From an uncultured Planctomycetales bacterium (GTDB lineage Bacteria; Omnitrophota; Gorgyraeia; Zapsychrales; JANLHA01): a stretch of 64,000 bases of DNA. Each line of letters starts with the position of its first letter. Position 1 is the stretch's first letter. Shown one piece after another: positions 10,113-19,591 of this stretch. Position numbers and translations under genes: made by a program. The DNA lies in contig CAYVEC010000001.1 of the NCBI GenBank assembly GCA_964450385.1, forward strand, positions 26,957 to 90,956, in the 5' to 3' direction. Below the pieces are notes generated by a model. The model ran no database searches and was not told the origin of the DNA. It saw nothing but the letters and a program-made list of their open reading frames with translations.

Positions 10113-11204
10113 ATGAATTCACGCGCACAACAAATTATTGAATATCTAATCTTGGCCGCGGGGCTTATCGTGACCTTTTTGGCGGTGGCAGGCCCCAATG
10201 GTCCTCTTCGACGGGTCATTGAAAGCGCCTTGGATCAGACGATTAATATTATCGGTGAGGATCTGCCTACCTATAACGTCTATTCGTGGGAGTATGCTCA
10301 ATGCGGTGATTGCTCTCAGACGTGCGACCCCACAAATAGCGGGACGCCGGGGATCCAGACGTGCGGTAGTATTCAATGTGTGGATCCAGACGGCCGGGTT
10401 GTGGCTGCGGATCGCTGCGGATCTCAGCCTGCTGGGCCGTGGGTGGTTCCGTGTGGTAAGGTTGATTGTTGCGGGAATGGGGTGATTGATGGTGAGGAGG
10501 CCTGTGATCCGGGTATTGAGGGGGCTACCTTTGCCTGTACGGGTAATCCGAATCAGAGTATGGCGTGCGGTGGGACGGTTGGCTGTGGTGTGGCCTGTCA
10601 GATCAGTTATTGGGAGTGCGCGCTGTGTTGCGGCAATGGTGTTCTTGATTCGGGTGAGGCGTGTGATCCGGGCATGGATCCGCCTAGTTGTGACGGCAAT
10701 CCGGATGCTGGAAATCAATGCGGGACAGCGGCGTGTACTCCATGCGGTTATGATGGCTGCGACGGGGCCTGTCAGATCTCGTATGCGGGGTGTGAGTCGT
10801 GTGGTGCATGTGGGAATGGGCAGCTTGATGAAGGCGAGCAATGTGATGGGGATCTATTCGCGGCTGATTGTACGAATTTATCGTATATAGATTCGAGGAC
10901 TGGAAGGCCAACACTATATGAAGGAGGTGTTGCTGTGTGCCGTCAGTGCTCTCTCGATCTTAATTATTGTTGCAAGAACATTACGTCGCAACCATCGTCG
11001 GGTCAATGTGTGCTTTCACAGGGTGCTGCGGATGCGTGGAATCTTGAGACAGGGGGTGGCTGTCGGCCGGGGATGGCTTTCTTTAGGCAGCTGCTTTGTC
11101 GCAACGATAGGCGAGACCCCGTGATACGTTATTGGTGTGAAGATAACGCGACCTGCTTAGAACGCTGGTGTCTCAGCAGGCCCACACCACCCGAATGCCA
11201 ATAA
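10113..11204 (+). CDS. Secreted/cell-surface cysteine-rich repeat protein with a Flp/type-IV-pilin-like N-terminus
   Basis: N-terminus MNSRA|QQIIEYLILAAGLIVTFLAVAG resembles a prepilin leader plus Flp motif (xxxxEY, Glu at +5). Three CGNG(V/Q)(I/L)DxGExCDxG repeats match the Myxococcus-type Cys-rich repeat. More than 45 Cys overall. Confidence 0.55.
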   Translation: MNSRAQQIIEYLILAAGLIVTFLAVAGPNGPLRRVIESALDQTINIIGEDLPTYNVYSWEYAQCGDCSQTCDPTNSGTPGIQTCGSIQCVDPDGRVVAADRCGSQPAGPWVVPCGKVDCCGNGVIDGEEACDPGIEGATFACTGNPNQSMACGGTVGCGVACQISYWECALCCGNGVLDSGEACDPGMDPPSCDGNPDAGNQCGTAACTPCGYDGCDGACQISYAGCESCGACGNGQLDEGEQCDGDLFAADCTNLSYIDSRTGRPTLYEGGVAVCRQCSLDLNYCCKNITSQPSSGQCVLSQGAADAWNLETGGGCRPGMAFFRQLLCRNDRRDPVIRYWCEDNATCLERWCLSRPTPPECQ

Positions 11205-11274
11205 AATATCGATCTGCCGTATCGTTTGTTATTCTGATGGAAAATTCGGAAGAATGGTGTTGCCTGAGGCTATT

Positions 11275-12603
11275 CTACGCCTGATAGATCTGATTTTTTC
11301 CCGCGTTCTTGGCGCGGTAGAGGGCCTGGTCCGCTGCCTGGATCAGGGTGTCTTTGTCGACGGCATTCATCGGAAAATTCGCAAGGCCGATACTGATCGT
11401 GAAATGGATCGTGCCGACGCCAGAGGGTGATGGGAAGGCGTATCCGTCAATGCGGCGTCGGAGCCGCTCGGCGATCTCATAGCCCGCTGCCGATGAGGTG
11501 TTCGTGAAGATGGCCGCGAATTCTTCTCCGCCGTAACGGCAGATGATGTCGGTGTCGCGGGCGGATTCGCGAAAGATCTTCGAGACCTCTTTGAGCACGA
11601 CATCGCCGTGCTGATGCCCGCAGGTGTCGTTTAATGCCTTGAAATTATCCAGGTCCATGAGGGCCAGGGTGAGCGGGGCCTTCGTCTTTTTCGATTGCTC
11701 GAGTTCCGTCAGCAGGGTCTTCTGAAAATATCCATGGTTCCACAATCCGGTCAGGGCATCGGTTTGGCTCTGACGCACGACCATTTCATAGAGCCGTGAA
11801 TTCTCGATCGCGAGCCCTGCCTGGTTCGAGAGCATGGTGAAGAAGCGGACGTCTTGATCAGAGATCGGTTTTTGCGTGTAAATATTGTCGGCGATGATCA
11901 GTCCGTTGACCGCGTCATGGGCCCGGAGCGGCATGATGATGAGCTCCCGGGTGATGAATTTCTTGAGGAGGGGGTCATCGGCGAAGGAGTCGACCTCGTC
12001 ACTCGTGAGATGCCACGGTTCCCCTCTGCGGAAGGCCTGGGCCAAGAGACTTGTTGTGTCCTTGGCCGGATCGCAGGTGATCCCCCGGAGCGAGTGATAA
12101 AAGGAGGATCGCCCGTGGGTCTGCTGGATCCGGTCTTCGCGGATCAGGTCTTCAAGGGTTTGGTCCGTGTCTTCGATATATTGCCAGACTTTATTGGCGT
12201 GCTCACCGGATTCAGGTCCGATGGCCATTTTGCACTCAAGGGTCCCGTTCGCCGGGTTGACGAGGAAAAGGACCGCGCGGTTATAGCTGAGGCCCGAGTG
12301 CGAGGTGACCCCGGTCAGAATGATATAGAGAATGTGCTCGAGGTCCAGGGTGGTGCGCATGGCGCAGCTGATTTCATAGAGCACCCGAAGATTGCGTTCC
12401 TGATGATCTTTGGTCACGGATGGATCCATGGGACCCGTCATGTCATCGTTTGTCATGATAAAGGCAAAGATATCATTTCCGATAATGTTTGTCAAGGCAT
12501 AGATTTTTGAGTCAGGCAAGGTCCGATTTTTATAAAACATTACTTGCCATAGGTTTATGTTGCTTTGACGGGTGGTTCCGGCCGGCAAGCGCTTCCTTGA
12601 CAC
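11275..12603 (-). CDS. GAF domain-containing diguanylate cyclase (GGDEF)
   Basis: C-terminal GGDEF domain with the RYGGEEF active-site motif and an upstream DxLTGLxN segment. N-terminal GAF-like region. Confidence 0.8.
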   Translation of the reverse strand: MSRKRLPAGTTRQSNINLWQVMFYKNRTLPDSKIYALTNIIGNDIFAFIMTNDDMTGPMDPSVTKDHQERNLRVLYEISCAMRTTLDLEHILYIILTGVTSHSGLSYNRAVLFLVNPANGTLECKMAIGPESGEHANKVWQYIEDTDQTLEDLIREDRIQQTHGRSSFYHSLRGITCDPAKDTTSLLAQAFRRGEPWHLTSDEVDSFADDPLLKKFITRELIIMPLRAHDAVNGLIIADNIYTQKPISDQDVRFFTMLSNQAGLAIENSRLYEMVVRQSQTDALTGLWNHGYFQKTLLTELEQSKKTKAPLTLALMDLDNFKALNDTCGHQHGDVVLKEVSKIFRESARDTDIICRYGGEEFAAIFTNTSSAAGYEIAERLRRRIDGYAFPSPSGVGTIHFTISIGLANFPMNAVDKDTLIQAADQALYRAKNAGKNQIYQA

Positions 12604-12690
12604 CCCAGGGGGCGTGTGTTATACTTTAGCAGTTTAACTGCATGGTTATCAATAATTTGGAAGAGTCTGGGGGACAACACCTTGAACGTG

Positions 12691-13248
12691 ATGGATGCGG
12701 TAATCGGAGGTGTTTTTCTTTTTTGTGGCTTCCAGGGCGCGCGAAAAGGATTGGTTGCCGAATTCCTCAAGGTCGTGATGACCCTTGTGATGTCGATCCT
12801 CATTCTGCATTTTTATGGGGATGGGGCTCGGCTCTTTGAAAAATTTGGCTCAGCAGCGTCGGGATATCACGCGATCGCGGCCTTTTTGGGCCTGTGGGGG
12901 GCCTTGTGGTTTGTCTTTAAGATCGTTCATGACGCCCTGATGTCGCTCTCGTCTGAGGAAAAGGTCAGCCGGTCAGCGCGGTTTACCGGTGGCGTTGTGT
13001 CGTTGGCGCGGGCGCCGTTGATCGCTGGTCTCTTGGTTATTGGGGTGATGGTGATGAATCATGATGTCGGATGGCGCTGGCTCGAGCGGTCGCGCCTGTC
13101 GGCGGTGATCGCTCGGATCCCGTATCGCGTTTATCAGGCGGCTTATTCGTACGGGATCGTCCGTGCCTTTCCTAGGAGTGACGCGAATATGGCGCTTGAG
13201 GAGACGATGGCCCGGACTGAGGATGTTTGGGGCGCGCGACGTAAATAA
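12691..13248 (+). CDS. cvpA: CvpA-family membrane protein (colicin V production protein homolog)
   Basis: MDAVIGGVFLFCGFQGARKGLVAEFLKVV start typical of CvpA. Four predicted TM helices. Start chosen at ATG 12691; the longer GTG 12616 frame is possible. Confidence 0.55.
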   Translation: MDAVIGGVFLFCGFQGARKGLVAEFLKVVMTLVMSILILHFYGDGARLFEKFGSAASGYHAIAAFLGLWGALWFVFKIVHDALMSLSSEEKVSRSARFTGGVVSLARAPLIAGLLVIGVMVMNHDVGWRWLERSRLSAVIARIPYRVYQAAYSYGIVRAFPRSDANMALEETMARTEDVWGARRK

Positions 13249-13267
13249 TGTTGGATGCGGGGGAGCG

Positions 13268-15073
13268 ATGGGGCAGGGGTTGATTCCTGAGGATATTATC
13301 CGGCAGGTGCTGGATCGCGCGGATATTGTTGAGGTGATCTCAGCATACTTTCCGCTCCGGCCGGCAGGGAGGAATTTTAAGGCATTATCGCCGTTCAGGC
13401 ATGAGAAGACCCCGTCATTTGTTGTGAGCCCTGATAAACAGATTTTTCATTGTTTTAGCACCGGAATCGGTGGGAATGCTATTTCGTTCGTGATGCAGAT
13501 GGAGAGGGTCGCTTTTCCTGAGGCGGTTAAGATCCTGGCCGATCGGTACGGGATCGTGATCCCCGAAACCGGAGGCAGGGACGGCGGGCAGCAGAAGGAT
13601 GCGCGGGAGCGGCTCTGGCAGATCAATGCCCTGGTGGTTCAGTATTTTCACCGTAATCTCCTTGTTGACCGGGCCGAGGCCTCGGTTCAGGCCCGTGAGT
13701 ATCTTAAAGGGCGAGGGATCGACCTCGAGCAGGTGAAACGGTTTCAGCTCGGTCTCGCGACCCAGGCCTGGGATGGTCTGACGACATGGCTTCGAAGCCA
13801 GAACGTGGAATATGCTGAGATGGTGACGGCGGGACTGGTGATCCCCCGTCGTCAGAAAGAGGGATATTTTGACCGGTTTCGGCACCGGGTGATGTTTCCG
13901 ATCTTTGACGTGCGTGGTCATTGTGTGGCCTTTGGCGGTCGGGCCCTTGATTCTGCGGAAGAGGCCAAATACTTGAATTCTCCGGAGACGCCGGTTTATG
14001 TTAAGGGACGGCATCTCTATGGGCTTCACCTCTCGAAACAGGCGGTGACCCGTGAGGATTGTATCGTGATCGTCGAGGGGTATATGGATTTTGTCTCGCC
14101 GATGGCCGCGGGGGTGGATCATGTGGCGGCGTCGTTGGGCACGGCCTTGACCGCGGATCAGATCCGTCTCGTTCGGCGCTATACGCAGAACGTGATCTTG
14201 CTCTATGACGCGGACCCCGCTGGAGAGAACGCGATGAACCGGAGCCTTGACCTCCTCGTGGAGGAGGGGATGCACACACGGGTCGCGCGGTTGCCTCAGG
14301 GGGAGGACCCTGATTCATTTGTGCGACGGTTTGGGGCTGAGGCCTTTCGCGAGCGGGTCCGTGAGGCAAAGGATGTGGCGGCCTTTAAGCTTGATTTTTT
14401 GATGGAACGCCATGGCGGTCAGACCACGGCGGACCGGGCGCGGATCGCCGCCGAGATGCTGGCCTTTATTCAGCGGCTTGAGGATCCGATTGCTCGGACC
14501 GAGGCCGTGACCGCGGTGGCGAGGCGGTTATCCGTGGTCCAGAACGCCTTGATGACGGAGCAGGCCCTGATCGCGGAGCTGGGACGCCTGGCGCGTCAGC
14601 CGCAGACGCAGAAGGGGCCGGTTCCGGAAGCCGAGAGGGTGGAGAGCCGATCGGAACCTGTGAAGGCGGCGGAGCGGGAGCTCCTCAGCATCGTGTTGAG
14701 CGACGGACGGTTCGTCCCGATGGTGCGTGGGCAGTTGACTCCCGGGGATTTTTCGAGCAAGATGATCCGCGGGATCTTTGAGGCGGTCTTTGAGATGTAT
14801 GACGCGCAGGGAGGTGTCGATGTGGCCGCGCTCGTGGCGCGCGTGACGGACCCGGGGTGGAACACTTTTTTATCGGCTTTGGCCGCGCGTGACGATGCGG
14901 CTCCCGGGGACCCCGACAAGGTGTGCGCGGACTGCATCGAGCGGATCCGGCAGGATCAGATAAAATCACGTCGGAGGCAGATCGTGGTTGAAATGGAGGC
15001 GGCGAAGGCGGCGGGGGATGAGCAGAGGGTGATGAGTCTGGTTGAGGATTTAAATCAAATACTTAAGAGGTGA
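13268..15073 (+). CDS. dnaG: DNA primase
   Basis: Zinc-ribbon CPFHxEKTPSF-type motif ([37 protein letters not shown]). TOPRIM domain ([21 protein letters not shown]). Followed by rpoD. Start ATG 13268 avoids overlap with cvpA. Confidence 0.9.
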   Translation: MGQGLIPEDIIRQVLDRADIVEVISAYFPLRPAGRNFKALSPFRHEKTPSFVVSPDKQIFHCFSTGIGGNAISFVMQMERVAFPEAVKILADRYGIVIPETGGRDGGQQKDARERLWQINALVVQYFHRNLLVDRAEASVQAREYLKGRGIDLEQVKRFQLGLATQAWDGLTTWLRSQNVEYAEMVTAGLVIPRRQKEGYFDRFRHRVMFPIFDVRGHCVAFGGRALDSAEEAKYLNSPETPVYVKGRHLYGLHLSKQAVTREDCIVIVEGYMDFVSPMAAGVDHVAASLGTALTADQIRLVRRYTQNVILLYDADPAGENAMNRSLDLLVEEGMHTRVARLPQGEDPDSFVRRFGAEAFRERVREAKDVAAFKLDFLMERHGGQTTADRARIAAEMLAFIQRLEDPIARTEAVTAVARRLSVVQNALMTEQALIAELGRLARQPQTQKGPVPEAERVESRSEPVKAAERELLSIVLSDGRFVPMVRGQLTPGDFSSKMIRGIFEAVFEMYDAQGGVDVAALVARVTDPGWNTFLSALAARDDAAPGDPDKVCADCIERIRQDQIKSRRRQIVVEMEAAKAAGDEQRVMSLVEDLNQILKR

Positions 15074-15078
15074 GATTT

Positions 15079-16662
15079 ATGACGACCAAGGAATTACAGA
15101 CAGACGTTGATAAACTTGTCTCGATGGGCAAGAAGAAGGGATTCCTCACGTATGATGAGGTCAATGAGACGCTGTCTGAAAAAGTCGAGTCGTCCGAGGA
15201 GATCGATCAGGTTTTTGATATCCTCGACGGCAAGAATATTAAAGTCATCGAGTCGGAGGACACCGAGGTCATCGAGGAAGAGGAGCTCGAGGAGGAGAGC
15301 CGGGAACAGCAGGTCCGCCGGGTGCGGGCCGAGCAGAGCAAGGAGGATATTTATTCGGATAAATTCATCCCTCTCGACGATCCGGTGAAGATGTATCTGA
15401 AACAGATGGGGTCGATCCCGCTCTTGACCCGTGACGAGGAGATCGCCCTTGCCAAACGGATTGAGGAGACCGAACAGCGTTTGGCTGAGGCCCTGTATGT
15501 GACGGCCTACGCACGCAAAAGCGCCGTTGAGATGATCAAGCGGGTTCTGTCCGAGGAGGTCAATGTCGAGGACGTCATCAAGGATGAGCTCGAGCGCCGG
15601 CCCAAATTGATCAAGGACCTAAAAAATATTCTTGAGCAGGTGAAGAAAGCGCGGGTGGGGTCGGAGAAGTCGGCCAAACTGCTCTCTCAGTTTAAACTCA
15701 CCGCGGCCTTTAATGAGAAGGTCGCCGAGGAGATCGATGAGCATGCCCGTCGCCTGGAAAAGATCGAACGGCTCTTGAAGGTGAAGACGAAACGGGGTGA
15801 TCACACGGCCCTTCGGAAGGAGCGGCAGCATCTTGTCCATGAGCTCGGGGCGCCGCTTAAGGATATCCGCGAGCAGATGCGCGTCATCCGGCTGCGTCAG
15901 TCTAAATTCAATAAGGCCAAGAAGCTCCTTGTTGAGGCGAATCTCCGTCTCGTGGTTAGTATCGCCAAGAAGTACATTAACCGCGGGCTCTCGTTCCTCG
16001 ATCTTATTCAGGAGGGGAACATGGGGCTGATCCGCGCCGTCGAGAAGTTTGAGTATCAGCGGGGATATAAATTTTCAACGTATGCGACCTGGTGGATCCG
16101 TCAGGCCATTACGCGCTCGATCGCGGACCAGGCACGGACGATCCGGATCCCGGTCCATATGACTGAGACGATCAACAAGATCATCCGGATCTCACGGTTG
16201 TTTGTCCAGGAGTACGGCCGCGAGCCGTCGCCTCAGGAGATCGCGAAACAGATGCGGATCTCGGTGGTGAAGGTGAAGGAGATCATGAAGATTTCGCAGG
16301 TGCCGATCTCGCTTCAGACCCCGATCGGGGACGAGGGGGATACAAACTTTGGTGATTTTATAGAGGACAAAAAGGCGGTCTCTCCGGCGAACGCGACCCT
16401 TCATTCGATGCTGAAGGAGGAGATCGGCGAGGTCCTCCAGACCCTTGATGAACGGGAGCGCAAGATTCTTGAGCTTCGCTTCGGGATCCATGACGGCACG
16501 AGCCGAACCCTTGAAGAGGTGGGCAGTGAATTTAATGTGACGCGTGAACGCGTCCGGCAGATCGAATCCAAGGCCCTTCGAAAATTACGGCATCCCACAC
16601 GCTCACGCCGCATCCAGCAGTTTTTGGATGTCTCGTTGCGTGACGCTGAAGTTGTTTTTTGA
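15079..16662 (+). CDS. rpoD: RNA polymerase sigma factor RpoD (sigma-70)
   Basis: Regions 1.2, 2, 3 and 4 recognisable ([83 protein letters not shown]). AAGAGGTGAG SD. Classic dnaG-rpoD operon. Confidence 0.9.
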   Translation: MTTKELQTDVDKLVSMGKKKGFLTYDEVNETLSEKVESSEEIDQVFDILDGKNIKVIESEDTEVIEEEELEEESREQQVRRVRAEQSKEDIYSDKFIPLDDPVKMYLKQMGSIPLLTRDEEIALAKRIEETEQRLAEALYVTAYARKSAVEMIKRVLSEEVNVEDVIKDELERRPKLIKDLKNILEQVKKARVGSEKSAKLLSQFKLTAAFNEKVAEEIDEHARRLEKIERLLKVKTKRGDHTALRKERQHLVHELGAPLKDIREQMRVIRLRQSKFNKAKKLLVEANLRLVVSIAKKYINRGLSFLDLIQEGNMGLIRAVEKFEYQRGYKFSTYATWWIRQAITRSIADQARTIRIPVHMTETINKIIRISRLFVQEYGREPSPQEIAKQMRISVVKVKEIMKISQVPISLQTPIGDEGDTNFGDFIEDKKAVSPANATLHSMLKEEIGEVLQTLDERERKILELRFGIHDGTSRTLEEVGSEFNVTRERVRQIESKALRKLRHPTRSRRIQQFLDVSLRDAEVVF

Positions 16663-16681
16663 TTGGTGCCTTGGTGACGTG

Positions 16682-16716
16682 CGGCCTGCTCTCTAAGAGG
16701 GCAGGCCGTTTTTTTC
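16682..16716 (+). terminator. Rho-independent terminator after rpoD
   Basis: GGCCTGCTCTC-TAA-GAGGGCAGGCC hairpin followed by TTTTTTT. Confidence 0.6.
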
Positions 16717-16779
16717 TCGATGGGCTTTTGGACCAGCTGGTTTCATGGTATATTTTGTATAGATAGGGGTGAGGGGCTC

Positions 16780-17640
16780 ATGAATCATAAGATCGTGTTA
16801 ACGCTGTTATTGGTGGTGGGGCTCGCGATCGGGGCTGATGCCGCAGAACTTCCCGAGGCACCGGTCCTTGACGCGCCGATTATCGAGGTCTATAACGCGG
16901 TGATCATGGACATCTACGCAGCGGTCATGGCCTCGAAGCCTGAATTCAAGGAGCTTCGCGACTTCGGTGAGGAGAACCTCTCGGTCAATCCTCAGGGGAT
17001 CTATGCGATCGAGTATGCCTATCAGCCGGATGGAACCGACCGTACCGAGTTGCCTTATCAATTTGCCGTCACGATTGATCCGGTGGAGGCGTGGACGTTC
17101 CCAGCCCAGAGCGACATGTTCAATTATGCCTTCCCCATTCTTCAGATGAAAATTTCTGGGTACCAGCGTCGGCATCCGCTGCGCAAGCAGTTTGATGTCA
17201 TCCCTTTCATCCGGCGGTATGGTGAGAGGATTTCGAAAATTCAGCAGGAGCACATGCCCCTCATGATCTCGGTGCGCCCTGTTGCCGACACGGTCGAGGT
17301 CGGGGCAAACGTCGAGGTGGATGTCGTCCTCACGAATGTCAGCAAACGGCATATGTATGTCGCCCCGCTCAGTGACAAGACACTCTATTTTTTAATCGAT
17401 GACCAGTATTGGGGCACGCCGCCCGGTAAGAATGTCTCCGTCCCTGCGACCAAGATCCTTTATGCCGGAGAAAGCCTGACGATGCGGTATCAGCTCGGTG
17501 TTTTTCACAAACCCCAGGTTCTCGAGGTCACCTGCCATTACCGCATGGGGATCCGCGGGGTCACGCCCTACGGGCAGATCTCCCTACCGGTCGTCGCAGC
17601 GTCTCAGAGTCCCGCAGTTCCGCTTCGGAACGACCCATAG
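16780..17640 (+). CDS. Hypothetical secreted protein
   Basis: Signal peptide MNHKIVLTLLLVVGLAIGADAA. SD AGGGGTGAGGGG. No recognisable family. Confidence 0.45.
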   Translation: MNHKIVLTLLLVVGLAIGADAAELPEAPVLDAPIIEVYNAVIMDIYAAVMASKPEFKELRDFGEENLSVNPQGIYAIEYAYQPDGTDRTELPYQFAVTIDPVEAWTFPAQSDMFNYAFPILQMKISGYQRRHPLRKQFDVIPFIRRYGERISKIQQEHMPLMISVRPVADTVEVGANVEVDVVLTNVSKRHMYVAPLSDKTLYFLIDDQYWGTPPGKNVSVPATKILYAGESLTMRYQLGVFHKPQVLEVTCHYRMGIRGVTPYGQISLPVVAASQSPAVPLRNDP

Positions 17641-17702
17641 GCTGGTCGCTCCGCCTGTCAGGGATCCTCACTGTTTTTTCATCGTTCTCTCAGGAAAAAG
17701 TC

Positions 17703-17769
17703 TTTACAGCTGTATAAAATTTGCTATAATTAGGTTCAATTTTTACATTATATCAATACTTCTTATAAT
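17703..17769 (+). promoter_or_regulatory. Two tandem sigma-70-like promoters for the tRNA operon
   Basis: P1 is TTTACA-16 bp-TATAAT (17703-17730). P2 is TTTACA-16 bp-TATAAT (17742-17769). AT-rich UP-like context immediately upstream of the tRNA at 17788. Confidence 0.55.
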
Positions 17770-17787
17770 GTTATTTGAAAAGTTCAC

Positions 17788-17861
17788 GGGCCCATAGCTC
17801 AGCTGGTGAGAGCAGTGGACTCATAATCCATTGGTCCCTGGTTCAAGTCCAGGTGGGCCCA
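17788..17861 (+). tRNA. tRNA with anticodon CAU, probably tRNA-Ile2 (lysidine) rather than elongator Met
   Basis: Cloverleaf GGGCCCA/TGGGCCC acceptor. Anticodon loop CUCAUAA. TTCAAGTCCAG T-arm. Strong resemblance to E. coli tRNA-Ile2(CAU), including C4-G69 and C5-G68. Confidence 0.75.
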
Positions 17862-17895
17862 GATATATGATGAGACACTGATATGGGCATACTTT

Positions 17896-17972
17896 GGGCG
17901 CATAGCTCAGCTGGTTAGAGCGCTACGTTCACATCGTAGAGGTCGAAGGTTCGAGTCCTTCTGTGCCCACCA
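17896..17972 (+). tRNA. tRNA-Val (anticodon CAC), CCA encoded
   Basis: GGGCGCA acceptor. GCTCAGCTGGTTAGAGC D-arm. Anticodon loop TTCACAT. GGTTCGAGTCC T-arm. 3' CCA present. Confidence 0.8.
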
Positions 17973-18034
17973 TTTTTACCTGACGGAGGACCGGTCTCAG
18001 TGCGGCAAGTCTGCCAGAGCCCGGTCAGGATCAT

Positions 18035-18784
18035 GTGCTAACTGAGGATCGCAGAGTGTCTGAAAACCATGTTTTGGAAACAGTTCGAAAACTAGTTGAA
18101 CTTCAAAAGTACGATAGTCAGATCTTCGCGCTCAAACGAGATGCCGAGGATAAGCCCGCCCTGCTCCAACAGCTCCAGGCCGAGTTTGAATCCAAGAAGG
18201 CCACACTGAAAAAAGTCGAAGCTGATTTTAAGGCGATCCAGGTCGCGCGCCACACCTTAGAAGGTGATCTCGCGGCGAAGGAAGAGGCTATTCGCAAGTC
18301 AGACGGCCAGCTCGCCCAGATCAAGACGAACAAGGAATATCAGGCCAAGATCAAAGAGACCGAGGGGCTGAAGGCCGATGCCTCGATGATCGAGGAAAAG
18401 ATCCTGCTTTCGTATGATCAGGCCGATGCCATCAAGTCGGACCTCGAGCGTGAGAAGGGGCATGTGGCGAAGGAAGAAGAGGCCTATCAGGCGAAGAAAC
18501 GAGTCCTCGATCAGGAGATCGCTGATATCAGCGCACGTATCAAAGATCTAGAGGGCCGGCGCGCGGCTCTTCTCGAGGGGATCGATAAGCCAATCCTGCA
18601 GCGGTATGAGAAGATTCTTCAGCATAAGGATGGTCTCGCGATTGTGCCGGTGACGGATGTCTGCGGTGGGTGTTTTATGAATGTTCCGGTCCAGGTCATC
18701 AATGAGATCAAGAAACATGAAGACCTGATCAGTTGTGAGATGTGCGCGCGTTTGCTTTATATCAAGGAAGATATGCTGTCGTGA
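18035..18784 (+). CDS. Coiled-coil zinc-ribbon protein (COG1579/DUF164 family, commonly upstream of rnhA)
   Basis: Long coiled coil. C-terminal CGGCFMNVPVQVINEIKKHEDLISCEMCARLLY C4 zinc ribbon. The exact start is uncertain (GTG 18035 or TTG 18074). Confidence 0.65.
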   Translation: MLTEDRRVSENHVLETVRKLVELQKYDSQIFALKRDAEDKPALLQQLQAEFESKKATLKKVEADFKAIQVARHTLEGDLAAKEEAIRKSDGQLAQIKTNKEYQAKIKETEGLKADASMIEEKILLSYDQADAIKSDLEREKGHVAKEEEAYQAKKRVLDQEIADISARIKDLEGRRAALLEGIDKPILQRYEKILQHKDGLAIVPVTDVCGGCFMNVPVQVINEIKKHEDLISCEMCARLLYIKEDMLS

Positions 18785-19239
18785 GAACGATTGAGATCCA
18801 TAGCGATGGGGCGTGCAGCGGAAATCCCGGTCCGGCGGGGGTAGGATGTGTTCTTTCTGAGGATGGCGCTGAGGTCCAGACGGTCTCGCAGTATATTGGC
18901 GAAGCTACAAATAATATCGCGGAGTATATGGCCCTGATTTATGGCCTGCAGGCCGCGTTGATCTGCCGTGCCGATCGTGTCGTGGCCAAGAGCGATAGCG
19001 AGCTCATGTGCCGTCAGATCCAGGGTCTCTATCAGGTCAAAAATCCGCAGATCAAGGTTCTGTTCGATCAGGTTCAGCATCTCATCAGCGGGTTCCGTTC
19101 TTTTTCAATCGAGCACGTCGTTCGGGAGCATAATAAAGCGGCCGACCGGCTGGCTCGTCAGGCTATTAAGCATGGGCAGACGCAGATGCTTGCCTCGGCG
19201 ATGAACGCCGGGGAGGAAAGTCCGAGCTCCGGAGGATAA
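18781..19239 (+). CDS. rnhA: Ribonuclease HI
   Basis: IEIHSDGACSGNPGPAGVGCVL (DEDD catalytic Asp). NIAEYMALIYGLQAAL and NKAADRLARQA motifs. GTG start overlaps the upstream stop (GTGA). The C-terminal approximately 20 codons overlap rnpB. Confidence 0.8.
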   Translation: MRTIEIHSDGACSGNPGPAGVGCVLSEDGAEVQTVSQYIGEATNNIAEYMALIYGLQAALICRADRVVAKSDSELMCRQIQGLYQVKNPQIKVLFDQVQHLISGFRSFSIEHVVREHNKAADRLARQAIKHGQTQMLASAMNAGEESPSSGG

Positions 19240-19537
19240 TGCACCCTGGTAATGCAGGGCCTTTCTCGCTCGCGCGAGGAAGAGGATCAGAGCAACAGAG
19301 ACGAGTTCCCCCTAACGGGGGAGGTGAAACGGGCAATCTCTGCATGGAGCAATGCCAAATAGGAGGGCAGCGCGGTCCCGCGAGGGACAGGCGCACGAGG
19401 TGATCCGCTTCGTTATGACCCTCGGGTAGGCTGCAAGAGTCTGCGGGGTGACCTGCAGGGTGAGTTGAATAAGCATCGCCCTAGATCGATGATTTTTTTT
19501 AGGGTGACAGAACTCGGCTTATCGTCTGCCTGTGCGT
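19172..19537 (+). ncRNA. rnpB: RNase P RNA, bacterial type A
   Basis: P4 strands GGAGGAAAGUCCGAGCUCC (19212-19230) and ACAGAACUCGGCUUAUCG (19507-19524) with a compensatory G:C to A:U change. GCCAAAUAGG, GGGUAGGCUGC and CCUAGAUCGAUGA conserved blocks. P1 pairing GGCAGACG/CGUCUGCC. T-run after 19536. Confidence 0.8.
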
Positions 19538-19591
19538 TTTTTTCGACGATTGTAGTGGGTAGGATCATTAATTCACGAGGAGGTTACAGAC

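Noticed and set aside
13163-13267. Longer dnaG reading frame starting at 13163 (ORF-track start)
   Set aside because: It would overlap the cvpA 3' end by 85 nt. The conserved primase N-terminus and an SD-like GGGGAG precede the ATG at 13268, which is the more likely start.
19166-19396. 76-aa minus-strand ORF and the +strand extension of rnhA across 19170-19239
   Set aside because: The region is occupied by the RNase P RNA gene. The ORFs are by-products of the structured, GC-rich RNA sequence.
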